Positions 15,986 through 25,846 of a stretch of DNA of 38,773 nucleotides are shown here, piece by piece (the stretch's first letter is position 1; every line of letters starts with the position of its first letter). The notes under the pieces were generated by a model, which had not been told where the DNA came from, ran no database searches, and saw only the letters and a program-made list of their open reading frames with translations. Origin of the DNA: a virus (lineage: Duplodnaviria; Caudoviricetes); the IMG/VR virus record IMGVR_UViG_3300020599_000172, positions 1 through 38,773 of that record. One strand, 5' to 3'. The position numbers and the translations under genes are program-made.

Positions 15986-16570
15986 TCACCACCCCTTGCC
16001 GCGGTAGCTCATCCAGTTGCGCCACTGCTGGCTGGACACGCCTGTAGTGGTGCCCGCCATCGCTGCGCCGCTCGCTCCGGGCGCCGCCGTGCCGCCGAAC
16101 ATGCCGGCCCCGTAGGCGCCCAAGCCAACGCTTCCCAGGCCTCCGAGGAGCGAGCCCGCCGCCGCCATGTTGCCCGCCCGCCGGGCGCCCGCTGCCTGCC
16201 GGGCGAGCTCGTCCGCCTGGTTGCGGTAGCCCCACGCCTCCCGGGCCGCGTTGTTGGCGATGATCGCTGCGTCGAGCTCGCTCGCCGCCCGGGTGTCCGC
16301 CGCCAGGGCGGCCGCCGATCCGGTGGAGGGGTCGATCCCCGACGCGCCGAACGCCGCCCGCTGCTCCCCGATCACCTGGGAGCCGGCGAGGCGCGCACGC
16401 CCCGCCTCGAGCTGGCCGCGCTGCACGGCGTCGCCGGCGGCGATGAGGGAGAACCGGCGGTTGGCCTCGGCCGCTCGAGCGGCCTCCTGGCCCTGCTGAT
16501 GCTGGCCGTAGGCCTGCACCCCGGCGCCGACACCCATCATGATCAGGGCTGCGGTAGTGGGCTCGCACAT
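15986..16570 (-). CDS. Internal virion/ejection protein (T7 gp14-like, 194 aa)
   Basis: MCEPTTA.. start, hydrophobic N-terminus, G.QRAAFGASGID...GS motif, Gly/Ala-rich tail. Confidence 0.8.
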   Translation of the reverse strand: MCEPTTAALIMMGVGAGVQAYGQHQQGQEAARAAEANRRFSLIAAGDAVQRGQLEAGRARLAGSQVIGEQRAAFGASGIDPSTGSAAALAADTRAASELDAAIIANNAAREAWGYRNQADELARQAAGARRAGNMAAAGSLLGGLGSVGLGAYGAGMFGGTAAPGASGAAMAGTTTGVSSQQWRNWMSYRGKGW

Positions 16571-17013
16571 GCTGCACCTCGACGAAGAAGGATTCGGTGG
16601 AAGAGGAGGCCTGCTGCTCCGAACGTCTCCGGCGGCCCTACCTCGAAGCCCAAGCGCCGCACCCATCGCAGCGCCGCCGCGTAGCGGGCGTCGACGTAGT
16701 TCACGAGCGCCGGGTAGTGGCGCAGGAGCACGCCGACCGCGACGCGGGAGTGGCGCAGGAACGCCTTGGGATGGCGCTCGACCGCTGGCCCGGTGAGCGC
16801 CCACACGATGCCGCACCCGGGCCCGTCGACCACACCCCACATGCCGGCGACCTCGCCGTCAAAGAGGGCCGCGAAGGCGTGGGCGGAGGCCCTCACGGAC
16901 TCCTCGAGGGCCTCCCGCGGCGTGAACCCGCCCGACGCCAACACCTCGGCCGCATCCGCCGGACGCAGCTTGGGGGCGAGCTCGTCCACGTGCGCGGGCG
17001 CCGCTGGCACCAT
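16543..17013 (-). CDS. T7 gp13-like protein (GNAT-fold virion assembly protein)
   Basis: LRPADAAEV...LVNYVDARY..ALRWVRRLGF; position after tail tubular B; start may be TTG 17031. Confidence 0.75.
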   Translation of the reverse strand: MVPAAPAHVDELAPKLRPADAAEVLASGGFTPREALEESVRASAHAFAALFDGEVAGMWGVVDGPGCGIVWALTGPAVERHPKAFLRHSRVAVGVLLRHYPALVNYVDARYAAALRWVRRLGFEVGPPETFGAAGLLFHRILLRRGAACASPLPQP

Positions 17014-17020
17014 GCGAACC

Positions 17021-19216
17021 TCACGAGCCAAACTCGCCCTCCCGGGTCACGCCCAGCACTGTCACCGGAAGCGGATCCACCTGACGGAGGACCGCCCTGC
17101 CGTGCCGGTTCCAGGTCGACGTGAGGAGTACTTCAGCCTCCCCGGTCACGAGCTCGTTCGGCCCGAAGCCCGCGCCCACGGTCCGCTGCCGCCACTCCAC
17201 CAGGCGATCCCACGCCTCCCCGGTCCACAGGCCGGACGAGCCCTCGATCTCCCACAGCACCCGCGAGACCTTCTTGTTCGTCTCCCGGGCCACAGGGACG
17301 TCGAGCAGCTCGAGCTCGGCATCGAAGCGCAAGCCAATGTGCGTGGTCACCGGGCCGTTGGCGGCCTGGCCCGGCGCCTTGGGGGGGACATCGATCGTGA
17401 CCTGCCCGCCCAGCACCCGAAACGGTCCCAGGGCGCGCCCGTCGCAGAGCGCATGCACGTCCTGCCCGTTGAGGTGGTCGAGGCCGGTCACGGTCACCGT
17501 GGACGGGCGCACGATCAACGTGCCGTCCACCTGGGTGCGGCCGCAGTCGAGCCGCATTGCCTCCCGCACGTCCGTGGTGCGCCGGCTCGCCATCCGCTCG
17601 ACGAAGCGGCGGTTGGCCCTCTTCACCACCAGGTACACCGCGTCCTCGTCGCCCTCCGGCACGCAGCACACCGACTCCACCACGCCGCCCGGGGTGTCGT
17701 GCTGCGCCCAGGCTGCGCCGCCCTCGCCGTAGGTGAGGGAGAGGAGCTTCCCGTCTGCGCGGACCATCCACACGACGTTGAACGGGTCCTCGGCATAGGC
17801 CCAGTCGACGATCGCCTGCCGGAGGAGGTGCGGCACCGCCACCGACAGATCCGACCCGACGTAGCTCCGCTGGCTCCAGTCGTAGACGAGATCCCGCACA
17901 CCCAGGCCCTTGGCCCGAACCCACAAGATCCGGTTGCCGATCACGATCGGGTCGAGCCACGAGGCGCCCACCTCCGACTGGACCCGCGCCGAGATCAGAT
18001 CGGAGGGGGAGAGCGGCCGCCCGTCGGCGCCCTCGACGGACCACACCGAGGACTGGGTGAGAACGAGGAGCCGATCAAGCCCGACGATCGCCCGCACCTC
18101 CTCCGCCCGACGAGAGGCCAGGTCGAACTCGAGGGAGGCGCTCGCGTCGAGCGCGGCGTGCTGGTCTTCGATTCGCCGATCGAAGTCGTAGAAGGCGTTC
18201 GTGGCGCTCGCCCGGACGGTGCCCGGCTCGTCCAGGAGGAAGTTCGCGAGGAGCATCCGCTGCTCGAACATCCCGACTGCCGAAGGGAAGTTCCCGGGCT
18301 GGAAGGGCACCCGCCCCGCCGGCGGAGGCCTGCCGTAGTCCGGCTCCATCCCTCGATCCTCGAAGTACATCCCGATCTGCGTGTCCCGCGGCGACGTGAC
18401 CTTGACCTCGCCCACGAAACCAAAGGTCTGCCCGCGCCCGCGGTAGACGCGCAGGTACTCGGCAGGGGGCGACGGCACCGGGATCCACAGCTTCACCGGC
18501 TTCGTCTCGGGGTAGATCACCAGCTTCTTGCCGAGGGCCACCCGGCCGATCGGCAACCCGGTTCCGGGCGCGAAAACCGGGAGCCCTTCCACCTTGTGAA
18601 CCACGGTGTAGGGCTTGGACTCTCGGAGGACTCCGCCGATGCGTCGAACCTCCGTGATCCGGTACTGCCATTCCCGCCCGGGGGCCTGCTGCGAGTCCTG
18701 GGCCGGCGGGTCGTACATCACCGGGACCAAGGATCCCGTGAACCCGTGCGCGGGCGTGGTGAAGTCAATCACCCGCAGCGTCCAGTTGGACTCATCCTGC
18801 CGCACGAGCTCGCGGGGCTCATGGAGCGGATGCACCAAGGTGAGCACCGACCCCACCTGGATGAACTTCAGCGCCCAGAGGCCTCCCGCGCTGTAAGGCG
18901 TGGCGCGCTCGTAGGGCACTCCGCCTTTGAGCACGGGCTGGCCGTTGCGATGGAAGCGGACGTACTTGTCTCCGAACTCGAGCACCATCGAGTCGGTGTC
19001 CGAGTAGGCGAAGGGGACCAGCCGGACCTTGCTCCCGTGGGTCTTGCAGTCGGCGACGTAGCGAGTCCCCGGCCTCGAGGCGGCCGTGCCTTGCGGGGTG
19101 ATGATGAAGTTCCGCGCCCGCCGGAGGGCGTGGCTATAGCCCGCGAGATCGGTCCGTCCCCACATCGAAGGCGCCCACTCGCCGGCACGGAAGCTGCTCT
19201 GCCGCGTCGTCGCCAT
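17021..19216 (-). CDS. Tail tubular protein B / nozzle (T7 gp12-like)
   Basis: Q.SF.AGE..P...GR.DL..Y......RNFI..PQG....RPGT N-terminus; AWAQHDT; 731 aa. Confidence 0.88.
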   Translation of the reverse strand: MATTRQSSFRAGEWAPSMWGRTDLAGYSHALRRARNFIITPQGTAASRPGTRYVADCKTHGSKVRLVPFAYSDTDSMVLEFGDKYVRFHRNGQPVLKGGVPYERATPYSAGGLWALKFIQVGSVLTLVHPLHEPRELVRQDESNWTLRVIDFTTPAHGFTGSLVPVMYDPPAQDSQQAPGREWQYRITEVRRIGGVLRESKPYTVVHKVEGLPVFAPGTGLPIGRVALGKKLVIYPETKPVKLWIPVPSPPAEYLRVYRGRGQTFGFVGEVKVTSPRDTQIGMYFEDRGMEPDYGRPPPAGRVPFQPGNFPSAVGMFEQRMLLANFLLDEPGTVRASATNAFYDFDRRIEDQHAALDASASLEFDLASRRAEEVRAIVGLDRLLVLTQSSVWSVEGADGRPLSPSDLISARVQSEVGASWLDPIVIGNRILWVRAKGLGVRDLVYDWSQRSYVGSDLSVAVPHLLRQAIVDWAYAEDPFNVVWMVRADGKLLSLTYGEGGAAWAQHDTPGGVVESVCCVPEGDEDAVYLVVKRANRRFVERMASRRTTDVREAMRLDCGRTQVDGTLIVRPSTVTVTGLDHLNGQDVHALCDGRALGPFRVLGGQVTIDVPPKAPGQAANGPVTTHIGLRFDAELELLDVPVARETNKKVSRVLWEIEGSSGLWTGEAWDRLVEWRQRTVGAGFGPNELVTGEAEVLLTSTWNRHGRAVLRQVDPLPVTVLGVTREGEFGS

Positions 19217-19219
19217 CGG

Positions 19220-19831
19220 CTACCTTCGCGCCGCGAGGTAGGCGCTGGGGCGCCGGTCCCGCTGGCCCTCGTTGAACGCCCGCGCCGTGGCCCGCAACAG
19301 CGTGTGCTCTGCCATCGCCCTGGCGTTCTGCCCGAGCTTCACTTCGGCCTTGAGCGGCAACGCCAGATCCGCTGCGAGGTGCCAAGCCAGCGCATCGTCG
19401 AACCCAGGATCGAACGAGGCCGGATCCACCACCTTCGCGGTGTAGATGAGCTGCGCGTCCGCCTGGTCGGTGAGGAGTACTCGTCCCAGGCCTCCGAACT
19501 CGACCGCGAAAGGGACGCGCTCGAGCGGGTTGCGCTGGCCGCTCCACACCTCCCGGGCCACCAGGCAATCGACCGGGAGGGCGTAGCGATGCGCCCACCC
19601 GGTCGACGTGTCCGCGTAGGGCGGATCGGAAGGGGCCGCCACCTCGGCCAGCAACGCCCGGCGGGTGGCGAACGGCCACGGCGCCGCCGCCAGCACGGTG
19701 TCTCGCGCCGGCGCGTAGAGCGTCTTGCAGTTGGTCGCCTCCGCCGACGCCTCGTCCAGCGAGGAGATCGGAGCCGAGACGCCGATGCGCGCCAGCGCCA
19801 CGTTGCAGATGGCCACCTCCGAGAGCGCCAT
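19220..19831 (-). CDS. Tail tubular protein A / adaptor (T7 gp11-like)
   Basis: ICNVALARIG...ISSLDE...RD.VL...PWPFA..R...Y.LP.DCL. Confidence 0.88.
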   Translation of the reverse strand: MALSEVAICNVALARIGVSAPISSLDEASAEATNCKTLYAPARDTVLAAAPWPFATRRALLAEVAAPSDPPYADTSTGWAHRYALPVDCLVAREVWSGQRNPLERVPFAVEFGGLGRVLLTDQADAQLIYTAKVVDPASFDPGFDDALAWHLAADLALPLKAEVKLGQNARAMAEHTLLRATARAFNEGQRDRRPSAYLAARR

Positions 19832-19834
19832 CGA

Positions 19835-20095
19835 TCAGATGCTCCGGTCGGAGGCGCGCACGCCCTTCTTGCCGCTCTTCTCGCCATCCTTCGGACCGAA
19901 TGCCTCGGCCGCCGAGGGCGTGCCCCCGTGCTGCGCGAAGTGCGGGACGGGCTTCTCGGGCTTCTCGTCGAAGGGGGCGAGGCCAGGATCGACCTTCGTG
20001 CCCTCGGGGAGCTCCACCTCGGCCGGGAACTCCGGGCTGGCGAAGATGTAGACGCCGTTGATGTACCGCGGCGACCGGATCCAGTACTTGGGCAT
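19835..20095 (-). CDS. Hypothetical virion-module protein (86 aa)
   Basis: AGAGG RBS, ATG 20095, GC3-rich codons. Confidence 0.7.
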   Translation of the reverse strand: MPKYWIRSPRYINGVYIFASPEFPAEVELPEGTKVDPGLAPFDEKPEKPVPHFAQHGGTPSAAEAFGPKDGEKSGKKGVRASDRSI

Positions 20096-20126
20096 GATTT
20101 CCTCTTTGCTCGCTCGAGCTGCTTGA

Positions 20127-20161
20127 GGGAGCGGGGCCACCGCGAAGGCAGCCCCGCTCCC
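20127..20161 (-). terminator. GC-rich intergenic hairpin (terminator or mRNA-stabilising stem)
   Basis: GGGAGCGGGGC ... GCCCCGCTCCC 11-bp stem after cement gene; no clear U-tract. Confidence 0.45.
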
Positions 20162-20167
20162 GGTTGC

Positions 20168-20590
20168 TTACGCCGACACCAGGCCGCCGGACTGCTCGCC
20201 GGAGGTGATGTGGGCGTTGGCGGTCGCCGTTGGGGTCGTGCCCCCGAGGGTGAAGATCACCCCGTAGTGCCGCTTCGGCGACTTCTGCATCGCCGGCGAC
20301 AGCTCGAACACCTTGGGGATGTCGCCCGGCGCCAGGGGGACCACGCCGGTGTCGGCGATGATCTCCGGGTTGGTGGAGAGCGCGGAGTTGTCCGCGCCCA
20401 CGAGCCGTGCCCGGAAGGTGGGGTCGGTGCCGCCGATTGCGGACACGGTGATGCCGAGCTTGGCGGCCGCCGTGCCGGCGAACACCTTCTGCGCCGTTCC
20501 GGCGTCGTAGGTGTTGCTGCTGGGGGTGTCGCTGGTGCCGGTCAGCGCCTGCTGCCGAGCGAACTGCATCAGTCCTTCGATCCAAGCCAT
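20168..20590 (-). CDS. Capsid cement/decoration protein (Bbp16-like)
   Basis: 140 aa directly after major capsid gene; Q.LT....S.N..D...RHYG..FT..GT pattern. Confidence 0.75.
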   Translation of the reverse strand: MAWIEGLMQFARQQALTGTSDTPSSNTYDAGTAQKVFAGTAAAKLGITVSAIGGTDPTFRARLVGADNSALSTNPEIIADTGVVPLAPGDIPKVFELSPAMQKSPKRHYGVIFTLGGTTPTATANAHITSGEQSGGLVSA

Positions 20591-20627
20591 GACTTCCTCG
20601 ATTCATTGAAAGATTCATTGAAAGGGG

Positions 20628-20655
20628 GAAACAGGGACGGCCCGGAGGCCGCCCC
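20628..20655 (-). terminator. Weak intrinsic terminator after major capsid gene
   Basis: GGGGCGGCC-TCCG-GGCCGTCCC followed by TGTTT on - strand. Confidence 0.45.
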
Positions 20656-20669
20656 CGCTTCCGCCCGCG

Positions 20670-21653
20670 TTAGAGCGCCGACTCCGGCACCAGGGTGTCC
20701 TCGACGCGGATGGGAACGCCCCGGAAGTTGGGGACCACCCGGCCGTTGAGCTCGAGCCACTGGAGGACGTTGAGGTTGTTGGCGGCGACCTGCTGGTTGA
20801 ACTTCGCCATGCTCCTGCGGCTCATGTAGAGCCGCGCGTTCGGGCCGAGGTCGTACACCGCGTCCAGCATCTCCTGGAGCGCGAGGTACATGCTCTTCTT
20901 GTCGTCGGCGAAGGCGGCATCGTCCGGGTCCCACTGCATCCGGATGACGCGGCGGTAGTCGCGCACCGCCAGGCCCGGCTTCTGCTTGAAGTGGGTGGTG
21001 AAGACCTGGAGCTGCGAGCCGTCGCTCTTGGTGAGCGTGCGCTCGCCAAGATCGCGCTGCGAGAGGCCGGCCATGGAGCCCTTCGGGTAGATGCCGAAGC
21101 AGGTCTCCTCGTCCCAGTTGATCAGCCAGACCGACTCGCAGTTGATCCCCGACCGCGTGCCCTTGAGGAGCACGTAGTCCTTGGTCTGCGTGCCGTTCGC
21201 GCCGGTGAAGCGCGGGGCGAGGCCGTGGATCCGCTCCGGGGCCGTGGTGGCGTTCTCGTAGAAGATCGCCCGGACGATCTCCTTGCCGAACTCCGCGACC
21301 TTGAGGTCGTCCTCCGACTTCCGGAACTCGGCGAGGCTGGTGCCGGCCGCCGCCTCCGGGTCGATGTCGGAGTAGTCCTCGACCAGGCCGCAGGTCTCGA
21401 GCCACTGGAAGGAGTCGCCCTTCTGCGGCTTGATGCCCTGGTTGACGGTGCGCCACTGCGGCGGCGGAGCGCCGAAGGTGGCCGTGATCTTGTGGGTGGT
21501 GCCGTTGTTGGCCTCCCGCCAAGGGATGTCCTCGAGCGTCGGGACCTTCTTCGTGGCGAGGTTCGCCATGTCGTTCTCGACCGAGCCGTCGGGGCGCAGT
21601 CGCTTCGTGACGTTCTGCAGTGTCGGAAAACCGGGATCCGTGAGGATTGGCAT
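20670..21653 (-). CDS. Major capsid protein (BPP-1-like)
   Basis: LEDIPWREAN..TTH, WR.VNQGI.P, ETCG..E.YS.ID, GLAPRF, FRGVPIR..D.L...E. Confidence 0.9.
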   Translation of the reverse strand: MPILTDPGFPTLQNVTKRLRPDGSVENDMANLATKKVPTLEDIPWREANNGTTHKITATFGAPPPQWRTVNQGIKPQKGDSFQWLETCGLVEDYSDIDPEAAAGTSLAEFRKSEDDLKVAEFGKEIVRAIFYENATTAPERIHGLAPRFTGANGTQTKDYVLLKGTRSGINCESVWLINWDEETCFGIYPKGSMAGLSQRDLGERTLTKSDGSQLQVFTTHFKQKPGLAVRDYRRVIRMQWDPDDAAFADDKKSMYLALQEMLDAVYDLGPNARLYMSRRSMAKFNQQVAANNLNVLQWLELNGRVVPNFRGVPIRVEDTLVPESAL

Positions 21654-21656
21654 GCC

Positions 21657-22265
21657 TTACTCCTTGAAGAGAGAGGGATAGGCGCGCCGCAACTGCGCCT
21701 CCTTCTCGTCGATGTGGTTGGCCCCGCCGCCGGTGGTGCCGGCGATGGAGTCGTCCTTCGTTGCCTTGCCGACCGCGTTGAGGAGCTTCACCAGGGAGGG
21801 GAGGTTGCCGACGCCCGCTGCCTCGAGCTCCGCCGCGAGCTCGGGCGTGCCGTAGCGCTCCATGGCCCGCTTGATGCCCTTGGTGTCGAGATCCTTGATG
21901 GCAGCGACCTCCTGCTTCCACGCCTCCTGCTTCTGCTCCTCAGCCGCCACCGCCTGCTGCTGGATCTCGATGAAGGCGTCCACCAGCCTCTGTGCGCTGG
22001 CGCTGTCCTTCGCCGTCTCCTTGAGCACGCCGAGTAGGGCTTCGTTCGGCTCGACGCCTTCGGGGAGCTTCACCTCGATCGCGGGTGCCTCGGGGACCTT
22101 GGCCGTGGCCTTGTCTCCCGGCTCCGCGGCGGGCTGCTGCGCGCCCTCCTGCGCCGTCTGCTGCGGGTCCTGCTGGATCGCCGGCTCCGTATTCGGAGCG
22201 GCGTTCGCCTCGCTCGAGGCGGTCCCGGCGTCGGTGGTCGTGGTGCCGGTGTTCGTGTCGCTCAT
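21657..22265 (-). CDS. Capsid scaffolding/assembly protein
   Basis: Acidic low-complexity N-terminus, KLPEG, TPEL...L...GVGN.P.LVK, C-terminal YPS; upstream of capsid. Confidence 0.8.
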   Translation of the reverse strand: MSDTNTGTTTTDAGTASSEANAAPNTEPAIQQDPQQTAQEGAQQPAAEPGDKATAKVPEAPAIEVKLPEGVEPNEALLGVLKETAKDSASAQRLVDAFIEIQQQAVAAEEQKQEAWKQEVAAIKDLDTKGIKRAMERYGTPELAAELEAAGVGNLPSLVKLLNAVGKATKDDSIAGTTGGGANHIDEKEAQLRRAYPSLFKE

Positions 22266-22612
22266 GCTTCGTCCTCGCGCTGGCGCCGATCCGCTGCCGC
22301 TCGGTCTCGCGCCTGCTCTTGTGTGAGCGCGTCCATGCGCTCCGTGATCATCCGGCCATAGAGCGCCGGATCGATTCCCTGGGCGTGCAGCATCAGGTCC
22401 ACCCCGACGCTGCGCCGGCCCTCCTGGTGGTAGGTGCCGCTGGTCCCGTCGAAGGTCTTGCTGAACAGGCCGGTGAGCTGGAGCACGCTCCACAGCACCC
22501 GGCGCCCTTGTGGGTGCGACAACATCCAACGGAAGTCCTCGGCCGACTGTCGCCGCCACCGCTCCTCACGCTGCCGCGCCTCACGCTTGGCTTTCGTCTC
22601 CTGGGGGCGCAT
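22262..22612 (-). CDS. Bbp19-like phage protein
   Basis: D.RWML....GRRVLW..L...G.F...F......EGRRSVG; between portal and scaffold. Confidence 0.8.
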   Translation of the reverse strand: MRPQETKAKREARQREERWRRQSAEDFRWMLSHPQGRRVLWSVLQLTGLFSKTFDGTSGTYHQEGRRSVGVDLMLHAQGIDPALYGRMITERMDALTQEQARDRAAADRRQREDEA

Positions 22613-24306
22613 CACGCCACCCCCGCCGCCGGCGGCGCCGCACCGTTCGCAGCGAGCAACCTGTCGAGCACGCTGTCGTTGCCGAGCTGCGCGCCGGCCA
22701 GACTCTTGGCCCCCTGCGCCGCCTGGAGCATCGCCTCGCCCTGCTGCTGCGCCTGCTCCTGGGCCGCCCGCGCCTGCCGGATCTGCGCCACCACGTCCTC
22801 GGGGTTCACGATCGTGGGCGGAACGCCGAGCGCATCCGCCATGGTGTCGGCCATGGCGTCGAAGTTGACCTTGTCGAGCACGTCGGGCCGGAGCTGCGAC
22901 GCACCGATCGCGAACTGCCCGAATCTCTCGATCCCGGCGACGCCGACGAGCTTGAGCGCCTGCGCGAGGGGGGAGGTGAACTCGACCCGGAGCTCCTGCC
23001 CCTGGAGCTCTTCCGGCGGGGGTGGGAGCAGGCCGTTCTCCAGGAGCGTGGCAAACCCCTGCTCGATCACGGGGCGTAGCTTCTCGTCCATCATCCGCAG
23101 GATCGCGGGGGCCGTCTGCACCAGCCGCTCTTCGTGGCGCGCAGCCACCTCCCGGGCCGTCTTCTGCACGCCATCGTCAAGATGGAGCGAGAGCCACATC
23201 TCGACCATGAACGCCCGGCGCACGGCTGCGGCACGCTCGGCCGCCTCGAGCCGCGCCGCCTCGAGGGTCTGGTAGGGCACCGCCACAGCGGGCTTGATCT
23301 CCTGGCCCGGCGCGACCGATTCGATCGTGGTCACGTCACCCGGGAGGAGACCGACTGCCTTCCCGCGCATCGCCGCGGGCACCACCAGAGGCGGCTCGAG
23401 GATGAGATCCAAGGCCAGCGACTTCTTGCCCTCGACGTACTGGAGGCCCTTGGCGTCGCCGCGCGCCTCCATCCCGGGGGAGTTGGACCCGTACACGTCC
23501 TCCCCGTTGGTCTCCCAGCGCGACGCCACCACCGGGAACACATCGAAGCCCGCCTCCCGGAGCACGCCCGTTCGATCGTCTCCGCCCGCCTCGATCCAGA
23601 TCGAACGCCAGGCCTTCCCGCTCGGCCCGATCATCCCCGGCTCGTGGTCCGGGTTGGGCTCGACGGCATGGATCACGTCCACCCACTCGTCGAGCTGCCG
23701 GCGGTCATACATCTCCCGCACGCGCTGGCTGCAGGCGTCGCGGCCGAACTGTCGGACGAGCTGCCCGACCGTCATCGAGATCTCGCGGTAGCAGGTGTCG
23801 ACCTGCTGCCGGAAATCAGCCGCCAGGGCGTACTGCCCGATCGGCAGGTTGTAGCCCCGCATGAACGTCTTGGGGTCCTCGCGGTCGATGTGGATCGCCG
23901 AGGTGCCGAAGATCCCGTCGTCGATGAAGCTGCTGTGGATGTTCGAGTAGATGCGGGCGAGCTCGAACAGCCAGCGCAGCCGCTCCTCGACGAAGAACAA
24001 CCACCCGCGCACCGAATGGAACTTCGCCAGGTCCGGATCCGGCGTCGTCGTCCGGAACCACGGGGAGCCCGGGTTCGCCAGGTTGCTCATCAACCCGGCC
24101 CCGAAGATCCGCACGTCACTCAGCGGCGAGCCGTTCAGGATCTTGTCGTTCCGCTTCGGGTTGTTGCGCTGCTTCCCGCCCAGGAATCGCCCACGCCGCG
24201 GCTGGAACTGCTCGGAGAGCTCCTGCCAATGCGCGAAGATCCCCGAACGTTCCGTCCAGAGCCCGGCCTTGCGGCGCGCGATCTGCTGGTGGAGCGTTTC
24301 GCTCAT
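22612..24306 (-). CDS. Portal / head-tail connector (T7 gp8/Bbp21-like)
   Basis: GLMS....P..PWFR, FGTSA, RW....EDVYG..SPGM, TAREV..R.EE, VEF.SPLAQA. Confidence 0.92.
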   Translation of the reverse strand: MSETLHQQIARRKAGLWTERSGIFAHWQELSEQFQPRRGRFLGGKQRNNPKRNDKILNGSPLSDVRIFGAGLMSNLANPGSPWFRTTTPDPDLAKFHSVRGWLFFVEERLRWLFELARIYSNIHSSFIDDGIFGTSAIHIDREDPKTFMRGYNLPIGQYALAADFRQQVDTCYREISMTVGQLVRQFGRDACSQRVREMYDRRQLDEWVDVIHAVEPNPDHEPGMIGPSGKAWRSIWIEAGGDDRTGVLREAGFDVFPVVASRWETNGEDVYGSNSPGMEARGDAKGLQYVEGKKSLALDLILEPPLVVPAAMRGKAVGLLPGDVTTIESVAPGQEIKPAVAVPYQTLEAARLEAAERAAAVRRAFMVEMWLSLHLDDGVQKTAREVAARHEERLVQTAPAILRMMDEKLRPVIEQGFATLLENGLLPPPPEELQGQELRVEFTSPLAQALKLVGVAGIERFGQFAIGASQLRPDVLDKVNFDAMADTMADALGVPPTIVNPEDVVAQIRQARAAQEQAQQQGEAMLQAAQGAKSLAGAQLGNDSVLDRLLAANGAAPPAAGVA

Positions 24307-24527
24307 AGCCCCCCCAGAAACGAATTCTTGCGGGTCCGACCCAGCCCGATGCGCTTGGCCTCAGCTTCGGCTGCCGCTCGGATCACGTCATCGGTGAGGT
24401 CGGGAGCGGCGCCAGGGCGAGAGGCCAGGAGGCGCTTCTGCTGCTCCTCGTAGGCCGCCGGAAGGAAATCGTCGCCCACCTTCGTCTGCGGAGCGAACCA
24501 GTGCTTGGGATTGCTCGAGCCCATCAC
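24303..24527 (-). CDS. Small protein upstream of portal (74 aa)
   Basis: Overlap-coupled to TerL and portal; GR....L.G C-terminus typical of this position. Confidence 0.7.
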   Translation of the reverse strand: MMGSSNPKHWFAPQTKVGDDFLPAAYEEQQKRLLASRPGAAPDLTDDVIRAAAEAEAKRIGLGRTRKNSFLGGL

Positions 24528-25846
24528 ACCCTCCCTTCATGCGGCCGGTATGTCCGCGATCGGCGAGCCGTAGCGGTCGCCACATCGGCAGGCGCTGCAA
24601 CCGGCATGGCGAACGTCAATGCGAGCGCATCTCCCACGTCGGGGGATCGAAGCCCCCGCTTCTTCATCTTCGCTTTCGACTCGAGTTCGACCTTCCCCTT
24701 GTCGTTGGCGAAACGGTACTCGGGCGCGGTGAGGTCGACGACGAGCTCCTGCGATGCAGGCAGGCTCCCGCCGCCCCTCACCCATTCGGCCATCGCCCAC
24801 CACATCTCGGTGCGCTTGTTGGCGAAACGCGGGTCCAGCGGACTCCAGCCGAAGTCGACGCCGATCGCTGGATAGCCGAGCTGCCGCAGGCGGTCCTCGA
24901 CGCCCGAGCCCATCCCGCCCTTGTCGACGAAGATCGCTGCCGGCTGGTGCCGCTCCGCCACCTCGGCCACCTGGCCTGCCAACGTCATGAGGTCGTCGAT
25001 GCGCAGGACCCGCGGCTCGAAGGCGACAAGGCCCTGGCGCAGGAAGATGCAGGAGCGATCGTCGCCCTCGCGCGCCACGTCCACCCCGAGCACCTTGGGG
25101 GCGTGGGTGAACTCCCGCTCGGGGATCGCCCGCTTCTGCGCCGCCAGCACGTTCTCGAGGGAGAGCAGCGCGTTCGTCTGTGCCGCGGCGAAGTCGCAGT
25201 CGAACTCCTGGGCGAACTCCTGCGGGCTCATCTCCGCGCGCGACGCTTCGATCTCCTTGTCGGAGAGTACGCCCGTGTCGCGGGCGCGGCGAAGATCCCC
25301 ACGCCAGCCCTCGCGCTTTCCGGAGATCGCATCGAAATACAGCTCAGAGAACTGGTTCACGCCCTTGGGGGTCCCGATGAAGATCGCCCACCCCTCGCGG
25401 TCTGCAAGCATCGGCCGCACGATCTCACCCCACACCTGGGGCTTCATGTCGGCCTTCTCGTCGAGGACAACGCCGTCCAGATAGCCGCCCCGCAGAGCGT
25501 CCGGATTGTCGGCGCCGTAGAGGCGGATGCGCGCTTCATTGGGAAGCGTCACCGAGAGCTCGGCAACGTTCACGATGCGCCCGGGGATGTCTTTGGTGAA
25601 GTCGAGGAGGTAGGCCCAGGCAATCTCCTTCGCCTGGTGGAGGAAAGGGGCGATGTAGCCGTAGCGCCCTCGAGGGCGATCGCACCGGAGGGCGGCGAGG
25701 AGGAGCTCCATCACCGCAAACACGGTTTTTCCCGCCCGCCGGTGCCAGACGAGCACGAGGAACCGGCACACGAGGAGGAGCGCGTGGGCGGCACGCTGGT
25801 GCGGGTAGGGCTTGAAACCCAGCTCGATGGTGACGTTCGCGTTCAT
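24524..25846 (-). CDS. terL: Terminase large subunit
   Basis: HRRAGKT Walker A, VVLDE Walker B, IGTPKG, LGVDVAREGDD nuclease, SPD.GDALAL. Confidence 0.95.
   Translation of the reverse strand: MNANVTIELGFKPYPHQRAAHALLLVCRFLVLVWHRRAGKTVFAVMELLLAALRCDRPRGRYGYIAPFLHQAKEIAWAYLLDFTKDIPGRIVNVAELSVTLPNEARIRLYGADNPDALRGGYLDGVVLDEKADMKPQVWGEIVRPMLADREGWAIFIGTPKGVNQFSELYFDAISGKREGWRGDLRRARDTGVLSDKEIEASRAEMSPQEFAQEFDCDFAAAQTNALLSLENVLAAQKRAIPEREFTHAPKVLGVDVAREGDDRSCIFLRQGLVAFEPRVLRIDDLMTLAGQVAEVAERHQPAAIFVDKGGMGSGVEDRLRQLGYPAIGVDFGWSPLDPRFANKRTEMWWAMAEWVRGGGSLPASQELVVDLTAPEYRFANDKGKVELESKAKMKKRGLRSPDVGDALALTFAMPVAAPADVATATARRSRTYRPHEGRV

Noticed and set aside
2435-25484. Very long + strand ORFs (e.g. 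2435-5812, 5873-8992, 13772-16684, 16766-20749)
   Set aside because: Antisense shadows of GC3-rich - strand genes; no motifs, Arg/Gly/Val-biased composition
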